Assembly: GCA_964016885.1 (NCBI GenBank)
Contig: OZ024740.1
Span: 438,650,001-438,714,000, forward strand
Source: Eledone cirrhosa
Lineage: Eukaryota
Length of the DNA stretch: 64,000 nt
Direction: 5' to 3'
Shown here: piece after piece, positions 54,401 through 64,000 of the stretch
Layout: each line of letters begins with the position of its first letter
Numbering within the stretch: the stretch's first letter is position 1
Notes under the pieces: model-generated
The model's database searches: none
What the model saw: only the letters and a program-made list of their open reading frames with translations
What the model was told of the DNA's origin: nothing
Program-made: the position numbers and the translations under genes

Positions 54401-57400
54401 GTTAGATATGTTAGACATGGATATGTTAGACATGTTAGATATGTTAGATATGTTAGATATGTTAGACATGGATATGTTAGACATGTTAGATATGTTAGAT
54501 ATGTTAGACATGTTAGATATGTTAGATATGTTAGATATGTTAGACATGTTAGATATGTTAGACATGCTAGACTTGTTAGACATGTAAGATATGTTAGATA
54601 TGTTAGACATGTTAGATATGTTAGATATGTTAGATATATTAGATATGTTAGATATGTTAGATATGTTTGACATGTTAGATATGTTAAATATGTTAGACAT
54701 GTTAGACATGTTAGACATGTAAGATATGTTATATATGTTAGACATGTTAGATATGTTAGATATGTTAGATATGTTAGATATGTTAGATATGTTAGACATG
54801 TTAGATATGTTAGATATGTTAGACATGTTAGATATGTTAGACATGTTAGATATGTTAGATATGTTAGATATGTTAGATATGTTAGATATGTTAGATATAT
54901 TAGATATGTTAGATATGTTAGATATGTTAGATATGTTAGATATGTTAGATATGTTAGATATGTTAGACATGTTAGATATGTTAGATATGTTAGATATGTT
55001 AGACATGGATATGTTAGACATGTTAGAAATGTTAAATATGTTAGATATGGTAGATATATTAGATATGTTAGATATGTTAGATATGTTAGATATGTTAGAT
55101 ATCTTAGATATGTTAGACATGTTAGACATGTTAGATATGTTAGACATGTTAGATATGTTAAACATGTTAGATATGTTAGACATGTTAGATATGTTAGACA
55201 TGTTAGATATTTTAGATATGTTAGATATGGCAGATATGTTAGACATGTCAGACATGTTAGATATGTTAGATATGTTAGACATGTTAGATATTTTAAATAT
55301 GTTAGATATGTTAGACATGTTAGATATGTTAGATATGTTAGATATGTTAGACATGTTAGATATGTTAGATATGTTAGATATGTTAGATATGTTAGATATG
55401 TTAGATATGTTAGATATGTTAGATATGTTAGATATGTTAGATATGTTAGATATGTTAGATATGTTAGATATGTTAGATATGTTAGACATGGATATGTTAG
55501 ACATGTTAGATATGTTAGAAATGTTAGACATGTTAGATATGTTAGATATGTTAGACATGTTAGATATGTTAGATATGTTAGACATGTTAGATAAGTTAGA
55601 TATGTTAGATATGTTAGACATGTTAGATATGTTAGATATGTTAGATATGTTAGATATGTTAGATATGTTAGATATGTTAGATATGTTAGATATGTTAGAT
55701 ATGTTAGATATGTTAGATATGTTAGATATGTTAGACATGGATATGTTAGACATGTTAGATATGTTAGATATGTTAGATATGTTAGACATGGATATGTTAG
55801 ACATGTTAGATATGTTAGATATGTTAGATATGTTAGACATGTTAGATATGTTAGATATGTTAGATATGTTAGATATGTTAGATATGTTAGATATGTTAGA
55901 TATGTTAGATATGTTAGATATGTTAGATATGTTAGATATGTTAGATATGTTAGATATGTTAGATATGTTAGATATGTTAGATATGTTAGACATGGATATG
56001 TTAGACATGTTAGATATGTTAGATATGTTAGATATGTTAGACATGTTAGATATCTTAGATATCTTAGATATCTTAGATATGTTAGATATGTTAGATATGT
56101 TAGATATGTTAGATATGTTAGATATGTTAGATATGTTAGATATGTTAGATATGTTAGACATGTTAGTCATGTTAGATATGTTAGATATGTTAGATATGTT
56201 AGATATGTTAGATATGTTAAATATGTTAGACATGTTAGATATGTTAGACATGTTAGATATGTTAGATATGTTAGACATGTCAGATATTTTAAATATGTTA
56301 GATATGTTAGATATGTTAGATATTTTAGATATGTTAGATATGTTAGATATGTTAGACATATTAGATATGTTAGACATGTTAGACATGTTAGATATGTTAG
56401 CTATGTTAGATATGTTAGACATGTTAGATATGTTAGACATGTTAGATATGTTAGATATGTTATGTTAGATATGTTAGATATGTTAGACATGTTAGATATG
56501 TTTGATATGTTAGATATGTTAGATATGTTAGATATGTTAGACATGTTAGATATATTAAATATGTTAGATATGTTAGATATGTTAGATATGTTAGATATGT
56601 TAGATATGTTAGATATGTTAGATATGTTAGACATGTTAGATATATTAAATATGTTAGATATGTTAGATATGTTAGATATGTTAGATATGTTAGACATGTT
56701 AGATATGTTTGATATGTTAGATATGTTAGATATGTTAGATATGTTAGATATGTTAGATATGTTAGACATGTTAGATATGTTTGATATGTTAGACATGTTA
56801 GATATGTTAGATATGTTAAATATGTTAGATATGTTAGATATGTTAGATATGTTAGATATGTTAGACATGTTAGATATGTTAGATATGTTAGATATGTTAG
56901 ACATGTTAGATATGTTTGATATGTTAGATATGTTAGATATGTTAGATATGTTAGACATGTTAGATATGTTAGATATGTTAAATATGTTAGATATGTTAGA
57001 TATGTTAGATATGTTAGATATGTTAGACATGTTAGATATGTTTGATATGTTAGATATGTTAGATATGTTAAATATGTTAGATATGTTAGATATGTTAGAT
57101 ATGTTAGATATGTTAGATATGTTAGATATGTTAGATATGTTAGATATGTTAGACATGTTAGATATATTAAATATGTTAGATATGTTAGATATGTTAGATA
57201 TGTTAGATATGTTAGATATGTTAGACATGTTAGATATATTAAATATGTTAGATATGTTAGATATGTTAGATATGTTAGATATGTTAGATATGTTAGATAT
57301 GTTAGATATGTTAGACATGTTAGATATATTAAATATGTTAGATATGTTTGATATGTTAGATATGTTAGATATGTTAGATATGTTAGACATGTTAGATATA

Positions 57401-60400
57401 TTAAATATGTTAGATATGTTAGATATGTTAGATATGTTAGATATGTTAGACATGTTAGATATGTTTGATATGTTAGATATGTTAGATATGTTAAATATGT
57501 TAGATATGTTAGATATGTTAGATATGTTAGATATGTTAGACATGTTAGATATGTTTGATATGTTAGATATGTTAGATATGTTAAATATGTTAGATATGTT
57601 AGATATGTTAGACATGTTAGATATGTTAGATATGTTAGATATGTTAGACATGTTAGATATGTTAGATATGTTAGATATGTTAGATATGTTAGATATCTTA
57701 GATATGTTAGACATGTTAGATATGTTAGATATGTTAGATATGTTAGACATGTTAGATATGTTAGATATGTTAGATATGTTAGATATGTTAGATATGTTAG
57801 ACATGTTAGATATGTTAGATATGTTAGATTTGTTAGACATGTTAGATATGTTAGATATGTTAGACATGTTAGACATATTAGATATGTTAGATATGTTAGA
57901 TATGTTAAATATGTTAGATATGTTAGACATGTTAGATATGTTAGATATGTTAGATATGTTAGATATGTTATATATGTTAGATAAGTTAGATATGTTAGAT
58001 ATGTTAGACATGTTAGATATGTTAGATATGTAAGATATGTTAGATATGTTAGATATGTTAGATATGTTAGATACGTTAGATATGTTAGACATGTTAGATA
58101 TGTTAGATATGTTAGACATGTTAGATATGTTAGACATGTTAGATATGTTAGATATGTTAGATATGTTAGACATGTTAGATATGTTAGATATGTTATGTTA
58201 GATATGTTAGATATGTTAGATATGCTAGACATGTTAGAGATGTTAGACATGTTAGATATGCTAGACATGTTAGAGATGTTAGATATGTTAGACATGTTAG
58301 ATATGTTAGATATGTTATGTTAGATATGTTAGATATGTTAGATATGCTAGACATGTTAGAGATGTTAGACATGTTAGATATGCTAGACATGTTAGAGATG
58401 TTAGACATGTTAGACATGTTAGATATGTTAGATATGTTAGACATGTTAGATATGTTAGATATGTTAGATATGTTAGACATGTTAGATATGTTAGATATGT
58501 TAGATATGTTAGATATTTTAGATATGTTAAATATGTTAGATATGTTAGACATGTTAGACATGTTAGATATGTTTGATATGTTAGACATGTTAGATATGTT
58601 AGATATGTTAGATATGTTAGACATGTTAGATATGTTAGATATGTTAGATATGTTAGATATGTTAGATATGTTAAATATATTAGATATGTTAGTGATGTTA
58701 GATATGTTAGACATGTTAGATATGTTAGATATGTTAGATATGTTAGATATGTTAGATATGATAGATATGTTAGATTTGTTACAGATGTTAGATATGTTAG
58801 ATATGTTAGACATGTTAGACATATTAGATATGTTAGATATGTTAGATATGTTAGATATGTTAAATATGTTAGATATGTTAGATATGTTAGATATGTTAGA
58901 CACGTTAGAGATGTTAGATATGTTAGACATGTTAGATATGTTAGATATGTTAGATATGTTAGACATGTTAGATATGTTAGACATTTTAGACATGTAAGAT
59001 ATGTTAGATATGTTAGATATATTAGATATGTTAGATATGTTAGATATGTTAGATATGTTAGACATGTTAGATATGTTAGATATGCTAGACATGTTAGATA
59101 TGTTAGATATGTTAGACAGGTTAGATATGTTAGACATGCTAGATATGTTAGACATGTTTGATATGTTAGACATGATATATATGTTAGATATGTTAGATAT
59201 GTTATATATGTTAGATATGTTATATATGTTAGATATGTTAGACATGTTAGATATGTTAGATATGTTAGATATGTTAGATATGTTATGTTAGATATGTTAG
59301 ATATGTTAGATATGTTAAACATGTTAGATATGTTAGACATGTTAGATATGCTAGACATGTTAGAGATGTTAGATATGTTAGATTTGTTAGAGATGTTAGA
59401 TATGTTAGATATGTTAGACATGTTAGATATGTTAGATATGTTAGATATGTTAGATATGTTAGATATGTTAGACATGTTAGATATGTTAGATATGTTTGAC
59501 ATGTTAGATATGTTAGATATGTTAGATATGTTAGATATGTTAGATAAGTTAGATATGTTAGATATGTTAGACATGTTACATATGTTAGATATGTTAGATA
59601 TGTTAGACATGTTAGATATGTTAGATATGTTAGATATGTTAGATATGTTAGATATGTTAAATATGTTAGATATGTTAGATATGTTAGATATGTTAGACAC
59701 GTTAGAGATGTTAGATATGTTAGACATGTTAGATATGTTAGATATGTTAGATATGTTAGACATGTTAGATATGTTAGACATTTTAGACATGTAAGATATG
59801 TTAGATATGTTAGACATGTTAGATATGTTAGATATGTTAGATATATTAGATATGTTAGATATGTTAGATATATTAGATATGTTAGATATGTTAGATATGT
59901 TAGATATGTTAGACATGTTAGATATGTTAGATATGCTAGACATGTTAGATATGTTAGATATGTTAGACAGGTTAGATATGTTAGACATGCTAGATATGTT
60001 AGACATGTTTGATATGTTAGATATGTTATATATGTTAGATAAGTTAGATATGTTAGATATGTTAGACGTGTTACATATGTTAGATATGTTAGATATGTTA
60101 GACATGTTAGATATGTTAGATATGTTAGATATGTTAGATATGTTAGATATGTTAAATATGTTAGATATGTTAGATATGTTAGATATGTTAGACACGTTAG
60201 AGATGTTAGATATGTTAGACATGTTAGATATGTTAGATATGTTAGATATGTTAGACATGTTAGATATGTTAGACATTTTAGACATGTAAGATATGTTAGA
60301 TATGTTAGATATATTAGATATGTTAGATATGTTAGATATGTTAGATATGTTAGACATGTTAGATATGTTAGATATGCTAGACATGTTAGATATGTTAGAT

Positions 60401-63400
60401 ATGTTAGACAGGTTAGATATGTTAGACATGCTAGATATGTTAGACATGTTTGATATGTTAGACATGATATATATGTTAGATATGTTAGATATGTTATATA
60501 TGTTAGATATGTTATATATGTTAGATATGTTAGACATGTTAGATATGTTAGATATGTTAGATATGTTAGATATGTTATGTTAGATATGTTAGATATGTTA
60601 GATATGTTAAACATGTTAGATATGTTAGACATGTTAGATATGCTAGACATGTTAGAGATGTTAGATATGTTAGATTTGTTAGAGATGTTAGATATGTTAG
60701 ATATGTTAGACATGTTAGACATATTAGATATGTTAGATATGTTAGATATGTAAGATATGTTAAATATGTTAGACATGTTAGATATGTTAGATATGTTAGA
60801 TATGTTAGATATGTTAGATATGTTAGACATGTTAGATATGTTAGATATGTTTGACATGTTAGATATGTTAGATATGTTAGATATGTTAGATATGTTAGAT
60901 AAGTTAGATATGTTAGATATGTTAGACATGTTACATATGTTAGATATGTTAGATATGTTAGACATGTTAGATATGTTAGATATGTTAGATATGTTAGATA
61001 TGTTAGATATGTTAAATATGTTAGATATGTTAGATATGTTAGATATGTTAGACACGTTAGAGATGTTAGATATGTTAGACATGTTAGATATGTTAGATAT
61101 GTTAGATATGTTAGACATGTTAGATATGTTAGACATTTTAGACATGTAAGATATGTTAGATATGTTAGACATGTTAGATATGTTAGATATGTTAGATATA
61201 TTAGATATGTTAGATATGTTAGATATATTAGATATGTTAGATATGTTAGATATGTTAGATATGTTAGACATGTTAGATATGTTAGATATGCTAGACATGT
61301 TAGATATGTTAGATATGTTAGACAGGTTAGATATGTTAGACATGCTAGATATGTTAGACATGTTTGATATGTTAGATATGTTATATATGTTAGATAAGTT
61401 AGATATGTTAGATATGTTAGACGTGTTACATATGTTAGATATGTTAGATATGTTAGACATGTTAGATATGTTAGATATGTTAGATATGTTAGATATGTTA
61501 GATATGTTAGATATGTTAAATATGTTAGATATGTTAGATATGTTAGACGTGTTACATATGTTAGATATGTTAGATATGTTAGACAGGTTAGATATGTTAG
61601 ACATGCTAGATATGTTAGACATGTTTGATATGTTAGACATGATATATATGTTAGATATGTTAGATATGTTATATATGTTAGATATGTTAGACATGTTAGA
61701 TATGTTAGATATGTTAGATATGTTAGATATGTTATGTTAGATATGTTAGATATGTTAGATATGTTAAACATGTTAGATATGTTAGACATGTTAGATATGC
61801 TAGACATGTTAGAGATGTTAGATATGTTAGATATGTTAGACATGTTAGACATGTTAGATATGTTAGATATGTTAGACATGTTAGATATGTTAGATATGTT
61901 AGATATGTTAGACATGTTAGATATGTTAGATATGTTAGATATGTTAGATATGTTAGATATGTTAAATATGTTAGATATGTTAGATATGTTAGATATGTTA
62001 GACACGTTAGAGATGTTAGATATGTTAGACATGTTAGATATGTTAGATATGTTAGATATGTTAGATATGTTAGATATGTTAGATATGTTAGATATGTTAG
62101 ATTTGTTAGAGATGTTAGATATGTTAGATATGTTAGACATGTTAGACATATTAGATATGTTAGATATGTTAGATATGTTAGATATGTTAAATATGTTAGA
62201 CATGTTAGACATGTTAGATATGTTAGATATGTTAGATATGTTAGATATGTTAGATATGTTAGATATGTTAGACATGTTCGATATGTTAGATATGTTAGAC
62301 ATGTTAGATATGTTAGATATGTTAGATATGTTAGATATGTTAGATATGTTATATATGTTAGATAAGTTAGATATGTTAGATATGTTAGACATGTTAGATA
62401 TGTTAGATATGTTAGATATGTTAGATATGTTAGACATGTTAGATATGTTAGATATGTTAGACATGTTAGATATGTTAGACATGTTAGATATGTTAGATAT
62501 GTTAGATATGTTAGACATTTTAGATATGTTAGACATGTTAGATATGTTAGACATTTTAGACATGTAAGATATGTTAGATATGTTAGACATGTTAGATATG
62601 TTAGATATGTTAGATATATTAGATATGTTAGATATGTTAGATATATTAAATATGTTAGATATGTTAGATATGTTAGATATGTTAGATATGCTAGACATGT
62701 TAGAGATGTTAGATATGTTAGATATGTTAGACATGTTAGACATGTTAGATATGTTAGATATGTTACACATGTTAGATATGTTAGATATGTTAGATATGTT
62801 AGACATGTTAGATATGTTAGATATGTTAGATATGTTAGATATGTTAGATATGTTAAATATGTTAGATATGTTAGATATGTTAGATATGTTAGACACGTTA
62901 GAGATGTTAGATATGTTAGACATGTTAGATATGTTAGATATGTTAAATATGTTAGATATGTTAGATATGTTAGATTTGTTAGAGATGTTAGATATGTTAG
63001 ATATGTTAGATATGTTAAATATGTTAGACATGTTAGATATGTTAGATATGTTAGATATGTTAGATATGTTAGATATGTTAGATATGTTAGACATGTTAGA
63101 TATGTTAGATATGTTAGATATGTTAGATATGTTAGATATGTTAGATATGTTATATATGTTATATATGTTAGATAAGTTAGATATGTTAGATATGTTAGAC
63201 ATGTTAGATATGTTAGATATGTTAGATATGTTAGATATGTTATATATGTTAGATATGTTAGATATGTTAGATATGTTAGATATGTTAGATATGTTAGATT
63301 TGTTACAGATGTTAGATATGTTAGATATGTTAGACATGTTAGACATATTAGATATGTTAGATATGTTAGATATGTTAGATATGTTAAATATGTTAGATAT

Positions 63401-64000
63401 GTTAGACATGTTAGATATGTTAGATATGTTAGATATGTTAGATATGTTAGATATGTTAGACATGTTAGATATGTTAGATATGTTAGACATGTTAGATATG
63501 TTAGATATGTTAGATATGTTAGATATGTTAGATATGTTATATATGTTAGATAAGTTAGATATGTTAGATATGTTAGACATGTTAGATATGTTAGATATGT
63601 TAGATATGTTAGATATGTTAGATATGTTAGATATGTTAGATATGTTAGACATGTTAGATATGTTAGATATGTTAGACATGTTAGATATGTTAGACATGTT
63701 AGATATGTTAGATATGTTAGATATGTTAGACATTTTAGATATGTTAGACATGTTAGATATGTTAGACATTTTAGACATGTAAGATATGTTAGATATGTTA
63801 GACATGTTAGATATGTTAGATATGTTAGATATATTAGATATGTTAGATATGTTAGATATATTAAATATGTTAGATATGTTAGATATGTTAGATATGTTAG
63901 ATATGCTAGACATGTTAGATATGTTAGATATGTTAGATATGTTAGATATGTTAGATATGTTAGATATGTTAGATATGTTAAATATGTTAGATATGTTAGA
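33456..64000. repeat. 9-bp satellite array (TTAGATATG/TTAGACATG), >30 kb, roughly 3,400 units, runs off the window end
   Basis: Uninterrupted single-orientation array with point variants and occasional 5-6 bp short units. The MLD, SNI and TYL ORFs are artefacts. Confidence 0.98.

Noticed and set aside
33424-63913. Very long MLD, SNI and TYL ORFs (up to 1794 aa)
   Set aside because: A 9-bp unit is open in several frames automatically. Frames are broken by 5-bp units and TAA variants, and there is no non-repetitive coding context.

Overview
Repeat-dominated eukaryotic DNA, most likely from an octopus or related cephalopod (inferred from recognisable tRNA-derived SINE families and the extreme (TA)n content). 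No intact host gene is evident. Bases 1-19000 are a (TA)n microsatellite field colonised by several families of Penelope-like retroelements (PLEs): RT/GIY-YIG fragments, short fold-back terminal fragments, and type I hammerhead ribozyme (HHR) motifs. Five HHR loci are well formed (one family occurs twice) and several are degenerate. Two carry the compensatory U3-A8 core, and one of these sits in a 592-nt non-coding, terminally redundant, retrozyme-like unit. Bases 19010-25890 hold a full-length but decayed L1/Tx1-type LINE with a perfect 14-bp target-site duplication, stacked head-to-tail with two other 3' ends. Bases 26000-33450 contain SINEs, minisatellites (including a 45-bp array amplified from a SINE Pol III A-box head) and possible decayed VWA-like exons. 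From 33456 to the window end lies a >30-kb 9-bp satellite (TTAGATATG/TTAGACATG) with higher-order duplications. Nearly all long ORFs in the track are translation artefacts of repeats. All HHR, tRNA and protein-family calls were made by eye and need computational confirmation.
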